64,000 bases of DNA from an uncultured Bacteroidales bacterium (GCA_963764475.1 CAVXTE010000102.1:2787-66786), one strand, 5' to 3'; shown: positions 1 to 10,176, counted from the first letter of the stretch. Notes: generated by a model from the sequence alone, not told the origin. Made by a program: numbers and translations.

Positions 1-22
1 AAAATCCAAATCCCTTTTTTAC

Positions 23-439
23 CTATTCTTCAACAATAACCTTGTGCGAAATATTGACGGCTTCCTTAAGCATAGCCGTAACAGCACAATAGCGGTCCTG
101 CGATAAATTAACAGCTTTCTCAAGTTTGTCCATTGGCAGCCCCTTACCTCTAAAAATGTATGAAATGGTGATAGTCTTAAATATTTTGGGGTGTTCTTCC
201 GATATATCTCCTTCAATTTCCATGTGAAAAGAATCGATTTCAACACGCATCTTTTTCAGGATAGAAACTACATCCATGCCGGTACATCCGCCCAGCGAAA
301 CAAGCGTTACCTGTTTGGGTCTCGGTCCACTGTTTTTCCCTCCTACTGCTTCCACAGCGTCCATTGTAATTTTCTGTTCTCCGAAAGTCGATTCAAAAGC
401 CATACCTTCCTTCCAGACAACGTCAACTTTGTTTTTCAT
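23..439 (-). CDS. OsmC/Ohr-family peroxiredoxin-like protein
   Basis: 138-aa ORF. Its size and two conserved Cys contexts (SLGGCTGMD, DRYCAVT) are typical of the OsmC family. Confidence 0.75.
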   Translation of the reverse strand: MKNKVDVVWKEGMAFESTFGEQKITMDAVEAVGGKNSGPRPKQVTLVSLGGCTGMDVVSILKKMRVEIDSFHMEIEGDISEEHPKIFKTITISYIFRGKGLPMDKLEKAVNLSQDRYCAVTAMLKEAVNISHKVIVEE

Positions 440-546
440 AAATTATCCTTTCTTATCATTTTAATCCGATTTAATTGCAGGCAAAATTAATCATAATTGC
501 AAAAAGTTTAAGTTACAGCGAAACTGCACTGTGGAATATATTATGC

Positions 547-1626
547 TTATTTTGAAAAATAAAATTCTCCCGGAGAAATACCTGCCTGAAACGAATCGAT
601 CGCTGTTCCTGTTGTTGCATCAAACCTGTAAATCCATCCATTCTGGTTGTAATCGAGAGCATCAGAAAAATAAATGACGTCATCGACCGGATCAAGTCCC
701 AAACTATAAATCGCCGAAGAATATGAAATAAAGGGATTGCCCGCAAGTGTATCGGAATTGATGTTTTGGGAATAAATTCCGCCGGTGTAAATATAGAATA
801 ATGTTGTTTTAGCCGAATCGATCTTAAGTTTCAGCGGATGATTCTGATCGACCGGAAAGCCAAAATCAAGGTCTTTAATGACGCTGTAATCACCAGGATC
901 AAAACACATCAGGTGTGCTGACGATTCACCCCCCGGATGCCAGGAATTCCGTCCGGTGCACATTACCCAGATATTTCCGTTTTTATCTTTCTGAATTCCG
1001 CTTGGCTGCGGATAAACGTTTATGGTTTCAACAACTTGTTTTGTATCTATATCAATCACAGAAATAGTACTATCGATACTTATTCCGCCCCTGTTCAGCA
1101 CCCAAATGTGATTTCCTGCGATAAGCATATCCTCCGGGCCAGTTCCTACCGGAATTTCTGTTTCGATGTGATAGTTGACCAGATTAACGACCCGGACAAG
1201 ATTATCGAAGCACGATACAAATGCTTTCATGTTGTCAGTGGATACAATGTATCTGGGCTGATTGATGTTATCGATTGTTTCAAGCCATTGAAATGATTTT
1301 TTTGTCACCACTTCGATTTTGTTCGAATTATTAACGACAATGTAGGCCTTGTTACCAAATATATTCATCGACTGAACGACATTTCCGAGCTGCTGAAACT
1401 GGTTGGCTTGTTGATAAATGGCCTGCCGGATTCCTGAACCATCCCTGTTCAGAAAGGTAATTGTACCGCTTCCATTTGTAAAGGGGCCTTCGTTGACAAT
1501 AAACACACCATTGGTGTAATCGACGGAACTTACAGGATTGTCGGATTTTTCCTTTTTACAGCCTGAGAGTATGACGCCAACAATCAGAATTATTGCAAAC
1601 AGAATTTTTGTGAATCTCTTTTCCAT
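547..1626 (-). CDS. Surface lipoprotein, beta-propeller-like (BtuG-like by position)
   Basis: 359 aa with signal peptide and lipobox (ILSGC). Starts 4 nt after the stop of the riboswitch-controlled TonB-dependent receptor. Repetitive strand-like segments are consistent with a YncE/BtuG-type propeller. The assignment rests on context only. Confidence 0.55.
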   Translation of the reverse strand: MEKRFTKILFAIILIVGVILSGCKKEKSDNPVSSVDYTNGVFIVNEGPFTNGSGTITFLNRDGSGIRQAIYQQANQFQQLGNVVQSMNIFGNKAYIVVNNSNKIEVVTKKSFQWLETIDNINQPRYIVSTDNMKAFVSCFDNLVRVVNLVNYHIETEIPVGTGPEDMLIAGNHIWVLNRGGISIDSTISVIDIDTKQVVETINVYPQPSGIQKDKNGNIWVMCTGRNSWHPGGESSAHLMCFDPGDYSVIKDLDFGFPVDQNHPLKLKIDSAKTTLFYIYTGGIYSQNINSDTLAGNPFISYSSAIYSLGLDPVDDVIYFSDALDYNQNGWIYRFDATTGTAIDSFQAGISPGEFYFSK

Positions 1627-1630
1627 TTTC

Positions 1631-3547
1631 TCAATTTTTATTAAGTGTATAACGAATGGTAAATTTAAAGGATCGTCCCGGCATCGGATAATCCAAAACG
1701 GCCTCGTACCTAAAATTCCAAAGGTTTAATATTTCAGCCTGAAAATAAAATCCATGTTTATCGAATTTAAAATTCTTTCCTAAATACAAATTTGCAGTAC
1801 TGTAGGCAGGTAAAAATCCCTTGTTGTCGGAGGTTACATAGCGGATTCCTGTAAACGACTGATTATAGCTGATGTTAAATGACTTGAACTGCAATGTCAT
1901 ATTTGCATAAAAGCGGTTTTCGGGAACATAGATCAGTTGCTTTTTGTATGAATTGTCATTCGTAAAAAGCTTTGCTTCACTGGTCGACCGGACAAATGTA
2001 TAACCGCCCTTGATGTAAACCTTCAATTGTTTAATTGAAAAAATCAAGCTGCATTCTGCTTCAAATCCCCGTGACCAGACTTTTTTAATATTTTCGGGTG
2101 AACTGTATGAACCTGTCGGTATCCATATGATCCAGTCGTCGACATTGGAATTGAACGCCGTGATTATGAGTTCTCCGGAATATTTTTTACTTATTTGAAA
2201 AGGATTGAAAAGTAAGCTTGCTTCTTCATTCCATGAGTTTTCAGGTTTCAGGTTTTCATTTCCTCCCGGAATCCAGTAACGATCGTTAAATGTCGGTATC
2301 CTGAAATTTTTTGCAACATTGATTTTAGCTGAAAGAAACGGTAACAGTTTGCCCTCAGCTCCAAATGAAGGAGTAAATGGAACGACATATCCTTCAGTTA
2401 AATCCTGCCGAAGGTTTAAATCAACCTTCCATCCTATTGCCGGGAAATTCCGGTTCAGCATGGCAAACAAACCCACCGTCCGCTCATCGACTTTTCCATC
2501 CCAGTTAATGCTATTGCCTTGTTCCCAGGTAAAATTTAGTCCGGAACTAATGACCACATGCCTGATCGATCCATTTGTATAGCGAACCTCAGAAATCGAT
2601 TTACCGGTATTGATCTTCGAATCAATCTCCGAGCTGCTCGTTTTGTCCGGATCGGTGTAGTGCAGAAAATCACTCAGGTAAGCAGTTTTTATTTCAATGT
2701 TATTCTTTCTGAAGAATTTTTTCCATGAAACAGAGGTTCTTACGGAATGGTCGAATTCGGAAGCATCACTTGGCTTAGAAGTCAATGTTGCCGGGATTTC
2801 ATGCCGGTTCCATTGCAACCACACGGAGGCTCCAAGGATGGAATGATCGTTCAGATTCCGGTATAAATCCTGCATAAACCCATACTGCTCCGATTTTGAA
2901 TTGGTTTGCCTGACGGTTTCCTTTTTTAAATCTTCGTATTCAAAATTATTTTTTGACGTATTTACAATGATACCTGAACGCGAAAACCATTTTTCGGAAG
3001 AAAGTTGGACACTTAAGTTGCCGTTGTATTCGCCGAAACTGCCTGCAGTAAATCCGGCCGATATCCCTTTGGTTTTTGTGAACTGAGGTTCATTTTCAAG
3101 GAGAATACTGCCGCCGATGTTTCCGCTTCCGAACAGGCTGCTTGCACCTCCGTGAAGCACAGAAATATCACTAAAAAATCCGGCAGGTACCAGCGAAAGA
3201 TCTACAAGACCATTATTGGGCGGATTGATCGCAAACCCATTCCAGTATATTCCTGTATGCTGAGCCGAGGTTCCACGGAAGGCGATGGTGCTGAGTCCAT
3301 TTACCTGGTAAGTATTGATTTGAACCGAAGAATAATCTGACAAAAGCTCGCCAAGATTCCTGTCGCGGTTCATATTCATTGTGAGGCTGTCGAATTTCCG
3401 AATGTTCAGGCCAGTGGTAAAATAACGGATCCGTGAAGCCATGATACTTACATTGGGTAATGTATAGGTCGTATCAACGGAATTATCCTGACCGTTTACC
3501 AGAATCATTATTAACATAAAACCCGATGCAAACAACAGACGTTTCAC
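1631..3547 (-). CDS. btuB: TonB-dependent receptor, vitamin B12 transporter BtuB-like
   Basis: 638 aa, GTG start, signal peptide, plug region then beta-barrel-like C-terminus. Lies directly downstream of a cobalamin riboswitch. Confidence 0.8.
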   Translation of the reverse strand: MKRLLFASGFMLIMILVNGQDNSVDTTYTLPNVSIMASRIRYFTTGLNIRKFDSLTMNMNRDRNLGELLSDYSSVQINTYQVNGLSTIAFRGTSAQHTGIYWNGFAINPPNNGLVDLSLVPAGFFSDISVLHGGASSLFGSGNIGGSILLENEPQFTKTKGISAGFTAGSFGEYNGNLSVQLSSEKWFSRSGIIVNTSKNNFEYEDLKKETVRQTNSKSEQYGFMQDLYRNLNDHSILGASVWLQWNRHEIPATLTSKPSDASEFDHSVRTSVSWKKFFRKNNIEIKTAYLSDFLHYTDPDKTSSSEIDSKINTGKSISEVRYTNGSIRHVVISSGLNFTWEQGNSINWDGKVDERTVGLFAMLNRNFPAIGWKVDLNLRQDLTEGYVVPFTPSFGAEGKLLPFLSAKINVAKNFRIPTFNDRYWIPGGNENLKPENSWNEEASLLFNPFQISKKYSGELIITAFNSNVDDWIIWIPTGSYSSPENIKKVWSRGFEAECSLIFSIKQLKVYIKGGYTFVRSTSEAKLFTNDNSYKKQLIYVPENRFYANMTLQFKSFNISYNQSFTGIRYVTSDNKGFLPAYSTANLYLGKNFKFDKHGFYFQAEILNLWNFRYEAVLDYPMPGRSFKFTIRYTLNKN

Positions 3548-3654
3548 CTCTGTGAGATTTAATTCTTTTGTTCAAAACCAATGGGATCAGGTCGTCGAAG
3601 AGATTTAAAAAAATATTCTCTCAGCTTTTTAACCCCGAAAGCTTCGAACTGTTT

Positions 3655-3858
3655 TGCATCATGGCAGGTCTTCTGACTCATCCTGAAGATTGAGGCCTTC
3701 CCATCCCGACTCTGGCGGAGCAGTGGCACAATATTCAACCTTTGAAAATTCCAAAATCGGAATTTCATCGGATTTACAGCAGCGGGTACTGTTGCCGCTT
3801 TTCACGGCATTCCCTTTTCAGACTTTTCTTCTTTGAAAGAACAAGTGCACCATGAATG
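3655..3858 (-). promoter_or_regulatory. Cobalamin (B12) riboswitch
   Basis: The minus-strand RNA contains AAAAGGGAAUGCCGUGAAAAGCGGCAACAGUACCCGCUGCUGUAA, GCCACUG, GGGAAGGC and the B12 box AGUCAGAAGACCUGCC (3679-3664). The order and spacing match the RF00174 core. Confidence 0.85.
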
Positions 3859-3864
3859 CGGTGA

Positions 3865-3872
3865 CAAAGGTA
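3865..3872 (-). promoter_or_regulatory. Bacteroidetes -7 promoter box (TACCTTTG)
   Basis: Matches TAnnTTTG immediately upstream of the riboswitch 5' end. Confidence 0.4.
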
Positions 3873-4039
3873 AATCAAAAACATGAATTCTTAAATGATA
3901 GAATGCGTAAATGCATTAATAAAGAGAAAAGTTAAAAATTATTTGTTATATGTTATCCGAAGGCCATGCCTGAAACTTGAACCTAATTTTAGTCAATCCA
4001 AACTTTAGTCAATAACAATTTGACAATTCAGCAATTTCC

Positions 4040-5671
4040 TTACTTCTCCTCCATAAAAGGATACCGGTAATCTTCCGGCGGATTGAAATTCTCTTTGATC
4101 GACCGTGCTGAGACCCAGCGCAACAGGTTCAGCATTGAACCCGACTTGTCGTTTGTTCCGGATGCTCGCGCACCTCCAAACGGCTGCTGTCCAACTACCG
4201 CACCCGTCGGTTTGTCATTGATATAGAAATTTCCGGCTGCGTTTACCAGTTTGGTCAATGCTTCATCGATGGCCTGGCGATCCTGAGCAAAAACAGCCCC
4301 CGTCAGAGCATAAGGAGAAGTTTTGTCGACAAGTTCAAGCGTTTCTTTGTATTTCCCTGATTCGTACACAAAAATCGTCAGAACCGGTCCGAAAATCTCT
4401 TCCTGCATCGACTTGTACTGGGGATTAGTAGTTAAAATAATAGTCGGCTCGATGAAAAAGCCGGTCGATTTATCGTAATTTCCGCCTGCCAGGATTTCAC
4501 ACGATTTATCGTTTTTAGCATGTTCAATATATGAAGTTATCTTATCAAAGGCCGCTTCGTCGATCACTGCGTTGATAAAATTGGAAAAATCTTCCGGTCC
4601 TCCCATTTTAAAGCTCTTCACATCATTCACGAGCATTTCTTTGATCTCCGGCCACAAATTGTCGGGAATATAAGCCCGCGAGGCTGCGCTGCATTTCTGT
4701 CCCTGGTATTCAAAGGCACCGCGGGCAAGAGCTGTTGCAACCTGTTTCGGTTTAGCAGACGAATGAACAACGACAAAATCCTTTCCGCCCGTTTCACCGA
4801 CGATTTTCGGATACGTGTTATGGATCATCACATTGTCGCCGATCGCTTTCCATACTTTTTTGAAAACTTCGGTTGAACCGGTAAAATGAACACCCACAAA
4901 ATCGGGGTGCATCGACATCACCTTCCCTCCTACCTGACCGGGAACAAAAATCATATTGATCACACCATCAGGCAGGCCGGCTTCCCTGAAAATTTCCAAC
5001 AATACATTGGCTGAATAGATTTGTGTTTCGGCCGGTTTCCATACAACCACGTTACCCATGATGGCAGGAGACGTAGGCAGATTGCCTGCAATGGAAGTAA
5101 AATTGAACGGAGTGATCGCATAAACGAATCCTTCCAGTGGCCTTTGTTCCATCCTGTTCCAGATACCTGGTGATGATATCGGCTGCTGCTGATATATTTC
5201 TGACATGAACTGAACATTGAACCTTAAAAAGTCTGCCATTTCGCAAGCTGCATCGATTTCCGCCTGGTATGCATTCTTGGATTGTGCCAGCATGGTGGCT
5301 GCATTCAGCTTTGCACGGAACGGACCTGAAATCAGATCGGCTGCTTTCAGAAATATTGCCGCCCGCTGATCCCATGACATGACCTGCCACGACGGTCGTG
5401 CTTCAAGGGCTGCATTGATCGCCTGGTGGACATGTCCGGCATCTCCGTAATAATAATAGCCCAATAAATGATTCCGATCGTGCGGTGGATGAATTTCCCG
5501 TTTATCCTGAGTTATCACCTTTTCACCACCAATGAACATTGGTATTTCGATGATCTTTGAACGAAGTTCCGCAATCTTGGCTTTCAGTTCTTTTCGTTCG
5601 GGCGAACCCGGAGCGTAACTTTTTATGGGTTCATTGTACGCTTTCGGAACACTAAAATAACCTCTTGACAT
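4040..5671 (-). CDS. pruA: L-glutamate gamma-semialdehyde (1-pyrroline-5-carboxylate) dehydrogenase
   Basis: ALDH-superfamily motifs VGETGGKDF and EYQGQKCSAASR. The N-terminus MSRGYFSVPKAYNEP is typical of Bacteroidetes PruA. I chose the ATG at 5671 rather than the ORF-track start at 5740. Confidence 0.85.
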   Translation of the reverse strand: MSRGYFSVPKAYNEPIKSYAPGSPERKELKAKIAELRSKIIEIPMFIGGEKVITQDKREIHPPHDRNHLLGYYYYGDAGHVHQAINAALEARPSWQVMSWDQRAAIFLKAADLISGPFRAKLNAATMLAQSKNAYQAEIDAACEMADFLRFNVQFMSEIYQQQPISSPGIWNRMEQRPLEGFVYAITPFNFTSIAGNLPTSPAIMGNVVVWKPAETQIYSANVLLEIFREAGLPDGVINMIFVPGQVGGKVMSMHPDFVGVHFTGSTEVFKKVWKAIGDNVMIHNTYPKIVGETGGKDFVVVHSSAKPKQVATALARGAFEYQGQKCSAASRAYIPDNLWPEIKEMLVNDVKSFKMGGPEDFSNFINAVIDEAAFDKITSYIEHAKNDKSCEILAGGNYDKSTGFFIEPTIILTTNPQYKSMQEEIFGPVLTIFVYESGKYKETLELVDKTSPYALTGAVFAQDRQAIDEALTKLVNAAGNFYINDKPTGAVVGQQPFGGARASGTNDKSGSMLNLLRWVSARSIKENFNPPEDYRYPFMEEK

Positions 5672-5898
5672 ATTAAAAATTTGATTTGAGTTTGAATTAT
5701 AAAATAAGTACCATTTCCAGTAATTGCATGAAGTGAACAATTCTTTTTAGGTTTAGTTCAAAAAGCCTGATTCCAACGGAGATAACTTCACTTAATACCA
5801 TTCATATTTTACGTTTCGAACTGTGGTTTATAATTTAACGAAGGCCGGAGTGTGTTGCCAATATTAATTATTTTTGCGCTAATTAAACAGTACTTAAT

Positions 5899-7047
5899 AT
5901 GACTTTCAGGAAACGAAAAGTTAAGAAAAGATTTCAGATTATTATCAGTATTATTTTATTGCTTATTGTGATTTCCTTTTTCCTTCCTTCCCATGTTTTG
6001 CGTTACTTCTACTGGAATTTTGCCGACCTGAGTGATTATAAGAAATTTCCCAGTCTTGAAGTTAAAAAAGGTGATAGCATTTTCCGGTTTATCCCTAACA
6101 CCAGGAATTATTCCTTTGAAATTCCTGAAGAATTTAATCGTGACAAAACGTATGAAAACTTAGAAACTTTTCTTGATAAAAAAGAAACAGTCGCGTTTCT
6201 GGTGATCCGTAACGACACTATGATCTATGAAAAATATTTCGAAGGATACTCCGATTCATCGATTATACCTTGTTTTTCAGTTGCCAAATCTTTTGTGTCA
6301 GCTTTAACCGGCATTGCCATTGAAGAAGGCTTCATCAAAAACACTTCTGAACCGGTAACCAATTATCTGAATGAATTAGCGGGAATAGACGGATTTGATA
6401 AAATAACTATCGAAAATTTACTGAACATGCGCTCGGGCATCGATTTCGGTGAAAATTACTCCTCCCCTTTTGCAGATATGGCAAAGTATTATTATGGAAC
6501 CGATTTGCTGAAATATATAAAAGAATTAAGGGTAAAAGAAGAACCCGGAAAACATTACGATTATATAAGTGTGAATGCCTTGTTGCTCGGACTCGTGATT
6601 GAACATGCTACCGGCACAAAACTGAATAAGTATCTGGAAGAAAAAATCTGGCAACCACTGGAAATGGAATCAAATGCTTCATGGAGCATCGATAGCAAAG
6701 AGGATAATACCATCAAATCTTTTTGCTGTATCAATGGGATTGCAAGGGATTTTGCCCGGTTCGGAAGATTGTATTTGCATAAAGGAAACTGGAACGGTAA
6801 ACAAATTGTCCCGGCTGCCTGGGTGGAAAGATCGACGTCAATAATTAATGACTCCCGTGATTCACAAGGCTATCCATATACGTATTTCTGGCGGGTACTC
6901 GAAAACGGTTCTTTTTTTGCAAAAGGGATTTTAGGACAGTATATTTTTATCAATCCTGATAAAAACCTCATTTTCGTGAGGATGGGAGAATCTTATGGCG
7001 ATGTCGACTGGGCTGCCCTGTTTGTTGAATTATCCAAACAATTATAA
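5899..7047 (+). CDS. Serine hydrolase, beta-lactamase/transpeptidase-like family
   Basis: 382 aa with an N-terminal membrane anchor and an SxxK motif (SVAKSF). Confidence 0.7.
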   Translation: MTFRKRKVKKRFQIIISIILLLIVISFFLPSHVLRYFYWNFADLSDYKKFPSLEVKKGDSIFRFIPNTRNYSFEIPEEFNRDKTYENLETFLDKKETVAFLVIRNDTMIYEKYFEGYSDSSIIPCFSVAKSFVSALTGIAIEEGFIKNTSEPVTNYLNELAGIDGFDKITIENLLNMRSGIDFGENYSSPFADMAKYYYGTDLLKYIKELRVKEEPGKHYDYISVNALLLGLVIEHATGTKLNKYLEEKIWQPLEMESNASWSIDSKEDNTIKSFCCINGIARDFARFGRLYLHKGNWNGKQIVPAAWVERSTSIINDSRDSQGYPYTYFWRVLENGSFFAKGILGQYIFINPDKNLIFVRMGESYGDVDWAALFVELSKQL

Positions 7048-7053
7048 ACTTTA

Positions 7054-7560
7054 TCATCCTTTTGACGAGCGCCTAAAAAATTTTTCAAAAGTTGGGTAAT
7101 GTAATTTTTCTCTAGCAATTTCTTCCGGATAAATATAATACTTCACAATCCCTTCAGCGCAAATCTCCTCCTTTGAATTGGATAGCCATGTTTGTATAAA
7201 TGCGAGACGTTTTTCTACCTTTTGTACTCTTGCTTTGATAAGTATTTTAGAATCGGTAATAAATGCAGGTTTTTTAAACCGGATGTCGATTCCTGCTGTC
7301 ACACCGGCTGTCTTCAGTTTCACCTGCACCGTCCAACTGGCAATCTCATCCATCAGTGTAGCCTGTATGCCGCCGTGAAGCACATTTATATATCCACCAA
7401 AATGAGCTGACGGAATCCATTCACAAATAACGTAATCCCCCTCCTCTTCGAACTCCATCCGGAGCCCGATATCATTATTCGGTGAACAGCCGAAACAGTT
7501 GTAACCTTCAATCTGTGCGTATGGATTATTTATTTTTCTGCGTTTTTCGGAACGATCCAT
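7054..7560 (-). CDS. PaaI/hotdog-fold thioesterase family protein
   Basis: 168 aa. The N-terminal CFGCSPNN...GL motif and the size are typical of this family. Confidence 0.65.
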   Translation of the reverse strand: MDRSEKRRKINNPYAQIEGYNCFGCSPNNDIGLRMEFEEEGDYVICEWIPSAHFGGYINVLHGGIQATLMDEIASWTVQVKLKTAGVTAGIDIRFKKPAFITDSKILIKARVQKVEKRLAFIQTWLSNSKEEICAEGIVKYYIYPEEIAREKLHYPTFEKFFRRSSKG

Positions 7561-7566
7561 GCCGGA

Positions 7567-8292
7567 TTATTTCTTTTCTTTACCTTCTTTATAGTTTAAT
7601 TCCTTTTCTACAACTCCGTGCGAGTTATATTCGGTCCAGGTTCCTTCTTTTTTTCCATCAGAATAATTACCGGTTTCCTTTAGTTTACCAGTAGGGTAAT
7701 ATTCTTTATATACGCCATCAAGAAGGTTATTTACGTAGTTCTCTTCAGTTTTAAGATTTCCGTTCTCGTGATACGATTTATTGGTGCCGTTAAAACCCCC
7801 ATCTTTATACTGGAATTCAGCTATCAGCTTATTGTTATCGTCGTACCATTTTGAATCTCCAGATTTCAACCCGTCCTTGTAATGAGATTCTTCCTGAACC
7901 CGGCCGGATTCATAGTAAGTGGTGCTTTCACCATTTTTCAATCCATTTGAATAATAGGTTTTTGATTTTGGTTTATTTGCATCGGTGAATTCAATTGACC
8001 AACCATCAAGCTTTCCATTCTTATAATATTCCTGTTTTGAAATGTATCCATGGTTGCTGAATTCTAGATAGGGACCCTGTTTTACACCATTTTTATACGA
8101 TTCGATCCGGGTGACATTGCCGTTTCTGACTTCCGTTGTCCAGACACCATCTTTTTTCCCTTCGATATAGTATCCTTTCGATACCAGATTTCCATTGTTT
8201 TCTTCGGTGTATCCGTTTTGATCCTGTGCCTGCAGACTGATGGTTGCAGTAATAAATAACAAGGCAATTGTCAAAATTGAAAGTATTTTCAT
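7567..8292 (-). CDS. Secreted MORN-variant repeat protein (YwqK-like family)
   Basis: Signal peptide MKILSILTIALLFITATISLQA, followed by repeated YxxGxxxGxW/Y units. The ATG at 8292 was chosen because the ORF-track extension to 8514 runs through the tRNA gene. Confidence 0.7.
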   Translation of the reverse strand: MKILSILTIALLFITATISLQAQDQNGYTEENNGNLVSKGYYIEGKKDGVWTTEVRNGNVTRIESYKNGVKQGPYLEFSNHGYISKQEYYKNGKLDGWSIEFTDANKPKSKTYYSNGLKNGESTTYYESGRVQEESHYKDGLKSGDSKWYDDNNKLIAEFQYKDGGFNGTNKSYHENGNLKTEENYVNNLLDGVYKEYYPTGKLKETGNYSDGKKEGTWTEYNSHGVVEKELNYKEGKEKK

Positions 8293-8373
8293 ATTCACTT
8301 GCTTTTTCTGTTTGCAGGCAAAAATAGTGAAAGAATCCTGAAAATCGGATGGAAACACTTTTGAAAAAATAGT

Positions 8374-8381
8374 TATTTTTG
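8374..8381 (+). promoter_or_regulatory. Bacteroidetes -7 promoter box (TATTTTTG) upstream of tRNA-Leu
   Basis: TAnnTTTG match ending 15 nt before the tRNA 5' end. Confidence 0.35.
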
Positions 8382-8395
8382 CATTTCCAAAAAAT

Positions 8396-8477
8396 GCGGA
8401 TGTGGCGAAATTGGTAGACGTCCCAGACTTAGGATCTGGTGCCGAAAGGCGTGTGGGTTCGAGTCCCTCCATCCGCA
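8396..8477 (+). tRNA. tRNA-Leu (anticodon UAG)
   Basis: Acceptor stem GCGGATG/CATCCGC. Anticodon stem-loop CCAGA-CTTAGGA-TCTGG. Long variable arm and T-arm GGGTTCGAGTCCC. Confidence 0.9.
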
Positions 8478-8553
8478 CGGAGTAAGGAAGGAGAACAAGA
8501 AGTTTATCCCGCAAAGTGAAACGATGGCGGGAAGTCTCTCCATCCGAACAAAA

Positions 8554-8593
8554 AACCCGGTAGTCTATTACAAAAGATACCGGGTTTTTTATT
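8554..8593. terminator. Bidirectional rho-independent terminator
   Basis: The 9-bp stem AACCCGGTA/TACCGGGTT is flanked by A-run and T-run sequences. Confidence 0.6.
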
Positions 8594-8779
8594 TGAGACG
8601 ATTTCGTGCAACCTCGGAAACATTACAATAATCTTCCCTGGCTTTGTGTGACCTCTACATACAGTTGAAAGCCGTCAGTAGACGGGAAATCTTGTCTTTA
8701 TTCTCAGGGTATTAAGTTGCACAAATCAGGACACTATCACGGAAAAAACCTTCCCTCTGAATTAACTTTATTTGATAAG

Positions 8780-9270
8780 TTAATTTTTTCTGTTATTTGA
8801 ATAATATTTGTTTTGAACCCAGAAATCGAGCGACAATTTTCCACCGCCTTTCAGAATAAGGAAGAGTGCGCCAAGCCACATCGAAAAATCGGTACGCATT
8901 TCATGGGCCATACTCCAGAACCCATATGTTTTCATCGGATGAACAACAAAAGGGCCAAATCCATGTCCAAGGCCTATGGGTATTTTTGTCACAATTATCG
9001 CTACTGAAATATTGATGAACATCGCAAGTGCAGCGGCGCGGCTGAAAAGTCCGAACAACAGTAAAATACCGCTGATGATTTCAAAGGATCCGACAAAGGA
9101 AGCATAAAAAGCAGGATGCGGAAATCCAATTGCAGCGAATCTGACCAGACTCCATCAATTTCCGGAAATAAAAATTTTTGAATACCTTCAGAAAGAAAAA
9201 CAAAACCCACCATGATCCGAATAAGGATAATTGCTTTGGATCGATCCGTATATATAATTTCTCGAAGCAT
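8780..9270 (-). pseudogene. DoxX-family membrane protein, interrupted by a 1-nt frameshift
   Basis: Two overlapping ORFs (9270-9001 and 9058-8780). The N-part ends ...EGIQKFLFPE. The DoxX-like sequence continues in another frame as SLVRFAAIGFPHPAFYASFVGSFEIISGILLLFGLFSRAAALAMF. The shift lies around 9140-9157. Confidence 0.7.
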
Positions 9271-9392
9271 GATCAGTAAACATTTTAGGTTCGCTTCGCA
9301 TTAATAGCTACCCATAAGTATCATACTTAATTAAAGTTTCCGGACAAGCGGGAAGTTCTCTTGTTATAATTAACCACAGTTTACAATGGCTT

Positions 9393-9968
9393 TCACTTAA
9401 TTTTGTAGCTTACACCGACTGTAAGATAACCAAGGCCATATCCAAGTTCGCCGAAAACTCCAAAATGATCGGTAAAGTAATAACGACCACCGGCATAAAT
9501 TGCTACAAGGGCATTGGTGCTATTGTCTGTATAACTCCTTGTTTCTCCTGTAATACTATTGGTTACAAGAGTATATTTATAGGTTTCCATCCGCACTCCC
9601 AGGGCAACACCTCCGTATAAATCGACTTTATCATTATCAAAAAACACAGGATGAATAGCAGATCGTGCAGCAATAATAATGTCATTCCATGTCCATTTGT
9701 CGGAATAACCATACAAAGCATAGTTATAGTGAGCTGATTTGATTCCGGCAATACCACCGAGTGAAATCACTCCGACATCTTCAATATCCCAGACACCTTT
9801 TTCAAGGCTCAAAGAAATAGCTGGAAATGAAGAAACGGAATAACCGTAACTGTACCAACCAAACCCGAATCCAAGATTACCGACTAAACTTTCTTTTTTA
9901 AAGGCCTGAGCGTTCGCAAAGCCTATAAACAATACCATTAGGATCAATAAGGCAGTTACTTTTTTCAT
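9393..9968 (-). CDS. Small outer-membrane beta-barrel protein
   Basis: Signal peptide ...GFANAQA. Alternating aromatic/Gly strands and a terminal Y-K-I-K region. Confidence 0.6.
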   Translation of the reverse strand: MKKVTALLILMVLFIGFANAQAFKKESLVGNLGFGFGWYSYGYSVSSFPAISLSLEKGVWDIEDVGVISLGGIAGIKSAHYNYALYGYSDKWTWNDIIIAARSAIHPVFFDNDKVDLYGGVALGVRMETYKYTLVTNSITGETRSYTDNSTNALVAIYAGGRYYFTDHFGVFGELGYGLGYLTVGVSYKIK

Positions 9969-10176
9969 ACTTTAAATTTTTTACGTTAATAACTTTGATT
10001 TTAACTATTTGTAAACCCTATTATGATTTTTATTATTACGATTCGATATCACATTAACATATATTTAACAGGATTGTTAAAGGAAGATTTACATTTATTA
10101 TTACTCCCGGTAAAAATACAGACAAGATAAGTTATAAAATATAGCATAGAGACTGGTTTAGCTTGATCTGACGAAT

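Noticed and set aside
3559-3768. 69-aa ORF on the minus strand upstream of the TonB-dependent receptor
   Set aside because: It lies entirely within the cobalamin riboswitch and expression platform. The open frame is incidental.
8293-8514. N-terminal extension of the MORN-repeat ORF (ORF-track start at 8514)
   Set aside because: The extension runs antisense through tRNA-Leu. A canonical signal peptide begins at the internal ATG (8292).
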